62,777 bases of DNA from an uncultured virus (IMG/VR IMGVR_UViG_3300013137_002215). Taxonomy: Duplodnaviria > Heunggongvirae > Uroviricota > Caudoviricetes. Below are positions 52,375-59,187 of this stretch, piece by piece. Each line of letters opens with the position of its first letter. The stretch's first letter is position 1. The translations under genes and the position numbers were made by a program. The notes below the pieces were generated by a model. The model was not told where the DNA came from. It ran no database searches and worked only from the letters and a program-made list of their open reading frames with translations. Location: the IMG/VR virus record IMGVR_UViG_3300013137_002215; one strand, written 5' to 3'.

Positions 52375-53733
52375 AAACGTGAGCAGAAACCCCGACATCT
52401 TTAGTGTCGGGGAGGTAAGCGAATTACTTAACCCGCTTCCTTCCACTTCTCCTTTGCTATTTATTATACCTAAAATATTTTAAGATTCAAGCAGGATTTT
52501 TCTTAAAAATATAGAATAACATAATTATGAACATATTAACATATAATATTAAATTAGAGTTTCAGAATCAAAAAGACAAAGATTCTCTGATTGATTTACT
52601 ATTAGAACATCAAAAAGTATGGAACTATATGTCAGAATATGTTTTTAAATCCAAAAAGGTAGATAAAAAGTTAATTCACGATAAAAACTATAAGAAATGC
52701 AGAAAACTGTTCCCAAATTGTCCTTCCCAAGTAGTTATCAGAGCAAAAGATTCGGTCTACGCTACCTATAGAACAATTCAGTCTAACAAACATAAATTAG
52801 AAGAATCCGCTAAACAAGAAAATCTATCAATAAGATTAGATAAGAGAATTTATACTTTTCTTCCAGATAATAAAATTAAACTAACAACCACTGGGAAAAG
52901 AATAACCTGCTCCTATACTCCTTATGACAAATTCAGAGATATGTTCTCTAAATATTCTGTTTGTGACCCATTACTTTTTGTTAGAAATAATGAAGTTTGG
53001 CTTTCGGTATCATTTGAAGTTTCAACCCCTACCCTTATAGAAGGTAGTTGTATCGGAGTGGATTTAGGCATAAAAAGATTAGCAACTACCTCTGAGGGAT
53101 TAACAATTACAGATAAGAAGTTCCTTAAAGAAAAAAGACAAATAAGACATCTAAAGAGTATATTAAAATCAAAAAGCAAAACTACTTTTTCCCGTTCTGC
53201 CCAAAGAAAACTAAAAAAACTAAAAAGAAAAGAGCATAACAAAAACAAGAACCAATCACATCTTATTGCTAACAAAATATTAGAAACCAAATCTAATGTT
53301 ATTGTTATGGAAGATTTGACTAAAATAAAGTCAGAAAATAAGGGAAAGAGATTTAATAATAGACAATCTCAAGTTCCCTATTTTGAGTTAAGAAAAATAC
53401 TAACCTACAAGGCACCATTATTAGGCAAAATAGTGGTAACGGTTGACCCTGCCTATACTTCTAAGAACGATTATAGAGGCATAGAAAAAGGCAAAAGACA
53501 GGGATGTAGGTATTACACAAGCGATAACAATGTTTTTGATGCTGATTGGAATGCGGCTATAAACATTGCTAATCGTTACGCCATGAGAAAGAAAGTTAAG
53601 GGCGTAGAACTCCCTGTTTCGTTTAATATACCTATTGATGGTAGATTAAACCTAATAGGCAAGCCATATCAACTGGCTAATTGTGAGATAAGGTCTTGCA
53701 AACCCAATGATCTTCAGTCATTAGGTAGTTGAT
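52375..53733 (+). mobile_element. IS200/IS605-type tnpB-only element
   Basis: left hairpin CCCCGACA-TCTTTAG-TGTCGGGG (52390-52412); right hairpin ACCCAATGA..TCATTAGGT followed by AGTTGAT; left boundary approximate. Confidence 0.8.
52527..53732 (+). CDS. tnpB: TnpB/Cas12f-like nuclease lacking the C-terminal Zn finger
   Basis: GVDLG, VMEDL, DPAYTS, DADWNAAINIA; no CxxC pairs. Confidence 0.88.
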   Translation: MNILTYNIKLEFQNQKDKDSLIDLLLEHQKVWNYMSEYVFKSKKVDKKLIHDKNYKKCRKLFPNCPSQVVIRAKDSVYATYRTIQSNKHKLEESAKQENLSIRLDKRIYTFLPDNKIKLTTTGKRITCSYTPYDKFRDMFSKYSVCDPLLFVRNNEVWLSVSFEVSTPTLIEGSCIGVDLGIKRLATTSEGLTITDKKFLKEKRQIRHLKSILKSKSKTTFSRSAQRKLKKLKRKEHNKNKNQSHLIANKILETKSNVIVMEDLTKIKSENKGKRFNNRQSQVPYFELRKILTYKAPLLGKIVVTVDPAYTSKNDYRGIEKGKRQGCRYYTSDNNVFDADWNAAINIANRYAMRKKVKGVELPVSFNIPIDGRLNLIGKPYQLANCEIRSCKPNDLQSLGS

Positions 53734-54255
53734 AACTCTATTATTGTCCAAAAACCCTTTCTTATCTACAATATAACTTCTAATATCTATAAATTTAAAA
53801 CCATACTTGTTACATAAATCAAAAAGACACTTGTTCATGATGTTATTATAATCCAATAGCTCATAATCGCTTCCATTAACAGGACACTCATACTGTTTTA
53901 GTTTTTCTATATATAAAGGCGGAGGAATTACATTATAAATAAATATATTCTTATAATTTAATTGATTAATAGCATCAATGTATTTATCGCACAAACCAAA
54001 TATAATTTCAAGTTTATTTTTGCCATTTTTAACATATGTATTAATATGATTTCTAACATCTATTTCACCAAAACAAAATAAGAAGTAATCTCGTTTGTTT
54101 TTAATAGTATTTATTTTATTTTTGTCTAAAAGAGAGAATATGCCATCTCTACCAACCCTGTGCACTGTAACGGGACCCAAATGATTAATTTTGCACTTAT
54201 TAATAGATAAAAATATAGATGTGTGACTGTCTCCAAATACATGTATATTTTTCAT
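53677..54255 (-). CDS. SGNH/GDSL-like protein, 3' end replaced by IS sequence
   Basis: VFGDSH, FGEIDVR; C-terminus runs into the tnpB right end. Confidence 0.65.
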   Translation of the reverse strand: MKNIHVFGDSHTSIFLSINKCKINHLGPVTVHRVGRDGIFSLLDKNKINTIKNKRDYFLFCFGEIDVRNHINTYVKNGKNKLEIIFGLCDKYIDAINQLNYKNIFIYNVIPPPLYIEKLKQYECPVNGSDYELLDYNNIMNKCLFDLCNKYGFKFIDIRSYIVDKKGFLDNNRVINYLMTEDHWVCKTLSHN

Positions 54256-54292
54256 GAAAGGAATTATTAATTATCTATTAGAATTATACAAC

Positions 54293-54478
54293 ATGAAGAT
54301 ATATAAGATAGCTAATGTGCCCAAATTGAAAAAAAGACCAAAAAGCCATGTTGGAAAAATTGAACCCGCACAAGTTGGCAAAGGATGGAAAAAACATAAG
54401 AAATTAGATACTAGATTATTACCGGTTCATAGATATACTTTAGAAGAAGCAGAATTTCCTATTGTAATAAAAAGTTAA
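54293..54478 (+). CDS. small basic protein with MKIYKIAN N-terminus
   Basis: ATG 8 nt after AGGA-N18-GAAT. Confidence 0.55.
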   Translation: MKIYKIANVPKLKKRPKSHVGKIEPAQVGKGWKKHKKLDTRLLPVHRYTLEEAEFPIVIKS

Positions 54479-54654
54479 TTATTGTACAAGTCTTTCCCAC
54501 AATTTTCTATAATAACATTTTTAATTGTTTCTGTTAATTGATCTTCAGGAACAGAATCAACATCTATCTCGTCGCAAAAATTAGAAGTTATAACAACATC
54601 ATACTCTTCTTTTACTTTTTCTGCTATTTTTCTTGCTAATATTTCTGCTTTCAT
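54475..54654 (-). CDS. small hypothetical protein
   Basis: SD AGGAG; MKAEILARKI... Confidence 0.55.
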   Translation of the reverse strand: MKAEILARKIAEKVKEEYDVVITSNFCDEIDVDSVPEDQLTETIKNVIIENCGKDLYNN

Positions 54655-54670
54655 GTTTCTCCTTTTAAAT

Positions 54671-54877
54671 CTACCATATTTCTACATCTGTTAAATCTAA
54701 TTTTTCTTTCGTGACACCGTGAATAACCTCAACAATACATCCTAAACCGGTTGGAGTGAAAGAATAAGTAAGTTGACCGCCGATTGCTCCATAATAATCA
54801 GTACCAGTTTTCTTATTCTGTTTTTTATTCCACTCTTTAATTTTTTTCATGTCTTCATCTGATATGTTGAATTGCAT
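54671..54877 (-). CDS. small phage protein
   Basis: SD AGGAG; GAIGGQLTYSFTPTGLG..LDLTD. Confidence 0.7.
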   Translation of the reverse strand: MQFNISDEDMKKIKEWNKKQNKKTGTDYYGAIGGQLTYSFTPTGLGCIVEVIHGVTKEKLDLTDVEIW

Positions 54878-54895
54878 ATATATCTCCTGTTTAAA

Positions 54896-54993
54896 GGCTG
54901 GAGAGACAGGCTTCGCTCCTGCACACACACCCGATTAGAGGTGTCATGATCGGCTTAACAGGCCGACCCCTTGCTAGTTAGGGCAACTCTCCA
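54896..54993 (-). tRNA. tRNA-Asn(GUU), atypical (27-nt variable region, T-loop AGCGAAG)
   Basis: TGGAGAG/CTCTCCA, G73; TCGGC-CT GTT AA-GCCGA. Confidence 0.75.
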
Positions 54994-55000
54994 ATAAATT

Positions 55001-55071
55001 TTGTCTCGTCGGGACTTGAACCCAAACTAGGACCTCCAAAGGGTCCGGTGCTGCCATTACACTACGAGACA
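55001..55071 (-). tRNA. tRNA-Gln(UUG)
   Basis: GGACC-CT TTG GA-GGTCC; U1-A72. Confidence 0.9.
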
Positions 55072-55538
55072 TTATTTTTCTTTTTTAATATCTCCCTTAA
55101 TCTCATCAATCTCCCACAAAATTCGCTTCTTGTCAATATTGTTTCTTTAGAATTTGATCTACCAATATTGTGTGTTAAAACCGCATCTCCACTTGCTAAT
55201 AAAGCCCTCCTAAAAGAGTCAGATTGTTCCATTAATGCCATATAAGCCCTATCTAACAATATTTGGTATTCATCGCTCTGCCTATCAATTTCTTTATCTT
55301 CCCAATATAATGTTTGTGTTTTCCACCATTTCTTTTCTTTACCTGATTTTTTAGCACTATATCCAACAAGTTTGCATATCTCTTTTTGCATTTCTGGATT
55401 TTTAAATTTTAAACTCTGCAAAAATCCCTCCATACTATTAATAGGAATTTCATCAAAAACAAAAGGGTGTGGTGCAAAATTTGATAATGCACTTGACGGA
55501 TAACCATGTTTTGATCCTATATCCATTTTTACCTCCAT
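55062..55538 (-). CDS. T4 Gp30.3-like NADAR family protein
   Basis: YPSSALSNFAPHPF, SMEGFLQSLKF, QTLYW, LTHNIG, TILT..EF. Confidence 0.8.
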   Translation of the reverse strand: MEVKMDIGSKHGYPSSALSNFAPHPFVFDEIPINSMEGFLQSLKFKNPEMQKEICKLVGYSAKKSGKEKKWWKTQTLYWEDKEIDRQSDEYQILLDRAYMALMEQSDSFRRALLASGDAVLTHNIGRSNSKETILTRSEFCGRLMRLREILKKKNNVS

Positions 55539-55553
55539 ACTTATTAATAATAT

Positions 55554-55597
55554 AAATAAAAAGCCCCCTTCAAGATATTTTATCCTAAAGAGGGCAA
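55554..55597 (-). terminator. attenuator terminator of tRNA operon 2
   Basis: GCCCTCTTTAGGATA...TATCTTGAAGGGGGC + TTTTTATTT. Confidence 0.8.
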
Positions 55598-55613
55598 GAT
55601 AGTAGAATAACTA

Positions 55614-55667
55614 TCAGTGCCCTTTCAGGCATTGATTATTTTGGTTATTCTGTTGATTCATTTTCAT
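55614..55667 (-). CDS. leader peptide MKMNQQNNQNNQCLKGH
   Basis: nine consecutive Asn/Gln codons; antiterminator CCTGAAAGGGCA. Confidence 0.85.
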   Translation of the reverse strand: MKMNQQNNQNNQCLKGH

Positions 55668-55673
55668 ACTATT

Positions 55674-55701
55674 AATATACACAAATTTTATTGTTTGTCA
55701 A
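55674..55701 (-). promoter_or_regulatory. sigma70-type promoter of tRNA operon 2
   Basis: TTGACA-16-TATATT with TG; ATG 6 nt downstream. Confidence 0.7.
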
Positions 55702-55711
55702 CTTATTATTG

Positions 55712-56515
55712 CTAATTTTTATTTTTTCCTTTATTTCTCTTAAACTCATCGTGTCTTTTTTCTATCCATTCCAATAATTCTTTATCCTTAATATTTATTT
55801 CATTTAACATATCATATAAAGTTGATTTGTAAGGATAATCACACATTATTTTCATGGCGTCTATTTTTTTAGAAGACTCGATAAAATAAATACAAAAAAG
55901 AACCCAATTACGAACCATCTTATAATTCTTAGTGCCTTCTGCAACACGAATTTCAACAGTCTTTCTCTTTTTGTTTTTAATATAATCAACAATACTGAAA
56001 CTTATAGCACTATGATGATCTTCTGTTGAATTTAGTGCATCTTTAAAGAAACTTGCGGTATTCTTTTTACTTCCTTTGCTTTTTATGCTTCTTTCACAAT
56101 AAAAACAATTTCTTCTACGTAATGGAAATAAAGAGAATATCACAGGTTCATATTTAAGCCATAATGCCAATACTTTTTCTTTATCTATACCGGCAATATC
56201 TAAATGAACATGCAAAGAATCCTTATCTGTTATTTTTATATCATTTCTATCTATTTCTTTAATAACGTCGCATATTTTATCCATTTGTTTTAAAGTAGAA
56301 ATTGGCGTACATAATTCGCTTTCTGTTGTAGCATCGGTTTTTAAGTTCCATTTGATATTATTAATTGATTGATAGGCTTCTTCTTTACAATATAAACTAT
56401 TATTACCAAAGTATTTATGTATTATTTTAGATATAATTGGCTTAATTTGATCATATCTCGTAGAAAACTCAAATTCACAACCAAACTTCCTAGAAAAGAA
56501 TATTTTGGGGAACAT
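55712..56515 (-). CDS. putative amidoligase (COOH-NH2 ligase type 2)
   Basis: FGCEFEF, ELCTP, SLHVHL, TVEIR. Confidence 0.8.
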   Translation of the reverse strand: MFPKIFFSRKFGCEFEFSTRYDQIKPIISKIIHKYFGNNSLYCKEEAYQSINNIKWNLKTDATTESELCTPISTLKQMDKICDVIKEIDRNDIKITDKDSLHVHLDIAGIDKEKVLALWLKYEPVIFSLFPLRRRNCFYCERSIKSKGSKKNTASFFKDALNSTEDHHSAISFSIVDYIKNKKRKTVEIRVAEGTKNYKMVRNWVLFCIYFIESSKKIDAMKIMCDYPYKSTLYDMLNEINIKDKELLEWIEKRHDEFKRNKGKNKN

Positions 56516-56677
56516 ACATATTAATTCAAAGAAATTAAAAAATATCCTGTGGTTATAAAGAATATCAACAAAAACAATAATCTAATAAGAATTATGTTCT
56601 TTTGTTTTAATATATTTTTATTAATCTTCATTGAATTTATATATATTTCAAAAAACTGTCAATTATTCCTTGATAAG

Positions 56678-56751
56678 TGGCAGATAAGGGACTTGAACCC
56701 ATACTTTCACGGATTATGATTCCGTAGCACTAGCCATTATGCTAATCTGCC
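56678..56751 (-). tRNA. tRNA-Met(CAU) elongator (or Ile2)
   Basis: ACGGA-AT CAT AA-TCCGT. Confidence 0.85.
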
Positions 56752-56756
56752 TTAAT

Positions 56757-56827
56757 CAGGAGCACTCCGACTTGAACGGAGACAAAAAATTTTGGAGATT
56801 TTTATGCTACCATTACATCATGCCCCT
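56757..56827 (-). tRNA. tRNA-Trp(CCA)
   Basis: AAAAT-CT CCA AA-ATTTT; G73. Confidence 0.88.
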
Positions 56828-56831
56828 AAGT

Positions 56832-56926
56832 TGGTGCGGGTAACAGGACTCGAACCTGCATTAGCCATAAGGCATCAGTTTCCACTTATCCTTATCTACT
56901 TAGAAGGTAGATGGAACTATACCCGC
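56832..56926 (-). tRNA. tRNA-Arg(UCU)-like RNA with rearranged D region
   Basis: GCGGGTA/TACCCGC-ACCA, canonical T arm, TCTAC-CT TCT AA-GTAGA nested within a GTTCCA/TGGAAAC stem. Confidence 0.65.
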
Positions 56927-56931
56927 AAAAA

Positions 56932-57007
56932 TGGTGCCCCTAGAAAGATTTCAACTTTCAACTATTTCTTAGGACGAAATTATTATGTGCAATTTCACTA
57001 TAGGGGC
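56932..57007 (-). tRNA. tRNA-Arg(CCU)
   Basis: ATTTC-GT CCT AA-GAAAT; encoded CCA. Confidence 0.85.
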
Positions 57008-57010
57008 AAT

Positions 57011-57086
57011 TGGCGGAGCCAGCGAAAGGTCGAATTCGCTATTTATCCGTGACAGGGATATGTTTTTCCACTTAAACTATGGCTCC
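57011..57086 (-). tRNA. tRNA-Asp(GUC)
   Basis: TATCC-CT GTC AC-GGATA; GCCA end. Confidence 0.88.
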
Positions 57087-57092
57087 AAAAAC

Positions 57093-57170
57093 TGGTAGCG
57101 GGTAAAAGGTATCGCGCCTTTTGTAGAGTAGCTTATGAGACTACCGCTGGTCTCTCCAGTCTAACCCGCA
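57093..57170 (-). tRNA. initiator-like tRNA-Met(CAU)
   Basis: U1-U72 mismatch; GTAGT-CT CAT AA-GCTAC; encoded CCA. Confidence 0.8.
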
Positions 57171-57178
57171 AAAATATC

Positions 57179-57253
57179 TGGTATTCTCTGTAGGATTTCA
57201 ACCTACAACTTCAAGTTCGTAGCCTGATATGATATGCATTTCACCAAGAGAAT
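57179..57253 (-). tRNA. tRNA-Arg(ACG)
   Basis: TCAGG-CT ACG AA-CTTGA; encoded CCA. Confidence 0.87.
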
Positions 57254-57261
57254 AAAAATCT

Positions 57262-57360
57262 TGCCGTAATGATCGCTTCGGTGCAATTTTAGAGATTTGC
57301 AAAACTCTATCTTTATTTCCGATACTGATTCCGGCTCATTATTCGAGCGATCTATCAGAA
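57262..57360 (-). ncRNA. candidate structured RNA
   Basis: GATCGCT/AGCGATC closing stem enclosing CCGG/TCGG and TAGAG/CTCTA hairpins. Confidence 0.4.
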
Positions 57361-57387
57361 ATCACTAATATTAATTTATCAAAGAAC

Positions 57388-57424
57388 AAAAAAAAGCCCG
57401 TATCACTTGTCTGATACGGGCTTT
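57388..57424 (-). terminator. attenuator terminator of tRNA operon 3
   Basis: AAAGCCCGTATCA-GACAAG-TGATACGGGCTTT + T tract. Confidence 0.9.
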
Positions 57425-57444
57425 CCTTTTCTATGTCCCATTAG

Positions 57445-57516
57445 CTAGACAAAATGGGACAAAAGAATGCCCGTATAAGGCATCCTATCCCAACGATCTT
57501 GTCTTAGCGATATCAT
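57445..57516 (-). CDS. leader peptide MISLRQDRWDRMPYTGILLSHFV
   Basis: SD GAGGTG; AGA CAA GAT CGT TGG GAT AGG ATG; antiterminator ATACGGGC. Confidence 0.82.
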   Translation of the reverse strand: MISLRQDRWDRMPYTGILLSHFV

Positions 57517-57545
57517 TCTTAATACACCTCTATATCTTTGTTCTA

Positions 57546-57574
57546 AGATTATATAACTTTATCCTGCCTGTCAA
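57546..57574 (-). promoter_or_regulatory. sigma70-type promoter of tRNA operon 3
   Basis: TTGACA-17-TAATCT (or 15-TATAAT). Confidence 0.7.
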
Positions 57575-57582
57575 CATCTTTT

Positions 57583-58059
57583 TCACAAAATATCTTCTTT
57601 AACAATTGCAACTGCTTTAAGTGCTCTTTCTAATAATATATCATGGTCTTTTTCAATTATTATATCTTTCATAACAATACAATTTTCAAAATCAACAGGA
57701 ATCATTTTTATATTAAATACCTCTAATGTTTTTTCATTTATTTCATTAGCCACAGAAACAAATCCAAAATCAACCACATTTTTACTAATAGATCTTTCGG
57801 GTTCGCTTCTAAAATCAACAGGTATAATCTTATCCTTTGAAATATTTATACACGTTTGTTCTTTAATTGTTCTAAGTGCCGCAAATTGTATTGTTTCTAT
57901 ACCCGCTTTCACATAATCAGTTGGAAATCTAAATTTATTACCAATATCTTTATTACCAATATCTTTTAATAGCACCATATTCTCATAAATAATCACAGTA
58001 GAAACGGTAATAGCAAACATTGGATATTTGTACTGATAATATGTAGTGAAATCGTACAT
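57583..58059 (-). CDS. NUDIX-like protein (degenerate Nudix box)
   Basis: YKYPMFAITV, FP..V..GIET..AALRTIKEQT, DH. Confidence 0.6.
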   Translation of the reverse strand: MYDFTTYYQYKYPMFAITVSTVIIYENMVLLKDIGNKDIGNKFRFPTDYVKAGIETIQFAALRTIKEQTCINISKDKIIPVDFRSEPERSISKNVVDFGFVSVANEINEKTLEVFNIKMIPVDFENCIVMKDIIIEKDHDILLERALKAVAIVKEDIL

Positions 58060-58667
58060 TAGAACAAACTTGTCATTTTCTTTTTAGGAGTAAGTGCTAA
58101 TTCAAACCATATAGTAAATCCTTCCGGTATAACATAAGAATTAACAACTTGCCCCGTAATCTTGTCTTTAATATCTACTTTAACGTCAAATGGTTCATAA
58201 TCAAAGTTCAATATTTCTACTACGCCTTCTTTTTCTTGAATTAATGGAACGCCTTTATAAATTCCTTCAACCTCATAATAGAATACAAGTCGTTTAAATA
58301 ATTGTTCTTTCTTATCTTTGTTATTGCACATTATTTCCAAAATATCTTTAGTAATCTTTATGAATTTATCTCTGCATTCTGATATTTGTGCTTCTTTTTC
58401 AGGAATATCGGGCATACTCTTATACATATCTTGCATTCTTTTTGTTTCTTTTAATGTTAAGTCAGTGTCTACTATCAAATTAAGTTTAAATGTTTTTTGA
58501 CTATTATCTATATAGTTCTCAACATTAACAATTAGCCAATCAAGTATTTCGTCGGCTATTTTTTGTTTATCTATTGTATCTAAATCCTGCTGTATGTCAT
58601 TTAGTTCTCTTTTTGGGAAATTATCTTCTTTACGTGTTAGTATGGCATCTGATTGTTCAGTTTGCAT
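58059..58667 (-). CDS. hypothetical protein
   Basis: ORF. Confidence 0.65.
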   Translation of the reverse strand: MQTEQSDAILTRKEDNFPKRELNDIQQDLDTIDKQKIADEILDWLIVNVENYIDNSQKTFKLNLIVDTDLTLKETKRMQDMYKSMPDIPEKEAQISECRDKFIKITKDILEIMCNNKDKKEQLFKRLVFYYEVEGIYKGVPLIQEKEGVVEILNFDYEPFDVKVDIKDKITGQVVNSYVIPEGFTIWFELALTPKKKMTSLF

Positions 58668-59136
58668 TTTGTGTGAACCACCTTTTCTCTTTTAATAACT
58701 CATGACACACTGGACATTCTATACCAAAATTCAAAGCATCATCAAAACTTATTAATGGATTTTGACATACTTCACATAATGCGGGAGTATCTATTTCAAC
58801 TGTTTCTAATGGCTTGTCTATTATATGCCAATTATATATACGCTTACATTTGCTACAATATTTATTAACACGATAACCTTTTATTTCTATCTCATCAATA
58901 TTTGGATAATCAATACAGGCATACTTGATATTATCTTCTACACATTTTTTCAGCCATTCTATGTGCTCTTCTAGTTGTTTTTTTAAATCTTCTTTGTCTG
59001 TAGAATTCTTCTTATTATTTTTAGTTTCTATTATTTTATCAATATCCCCTATTCCCCACGGAGCAGTCATATTAAAACCTGTCATAAAATTAGAACAAGT
59101 TTGATTTTCGCAACTAAATTCACATCCTATTGGCAT
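58657..59136 (-). CDS. hypothetical Zn-ribbon protein
   Basis: several CxxC pairs. Confidence 0.65.
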   Translation of the reverse strand: MPIGCEFSCENQTCSNFMTGFNMTAPWGIGDIDKIIETKNNKKNSTDKEDLKKQLEEHIEWLKKCVEDNIKYACIDYPNIDEIEIKGYRVNKYCSKCKRIYNWHIIDKPLETVEIDTPALCEVCQNPLISFDDALNFGIECPVCHELLKEKRWFTQNAN

Positions 59137-59187
59137 ATATCAACCTTTCCTAAAGGATTTAATATATTATACATTGAAATATATATT

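Noticed and set aside
52342..52446. N-terminal extension of the SLOG ORF
   Set aside because: It runs through the IS left-end hairpin; the real start is at 52341
52527..53732. CRISPR-Cas12f system
   Set aside because: No array or cas genes nearby; IS605-type end hairpins are present
57262..57360. Hammerhead or theta ribozyme, or tRNA-Cys assignment
   Set aside because: The CUGAnGA/GAAA core, HDV-like topology and T arm could not be fitted
57934..57963. 15-bp tandem duplication (KDIGN x2) in the NUDIX-like gene
   Set aside because: Simple in-frame slippage with no evident significance
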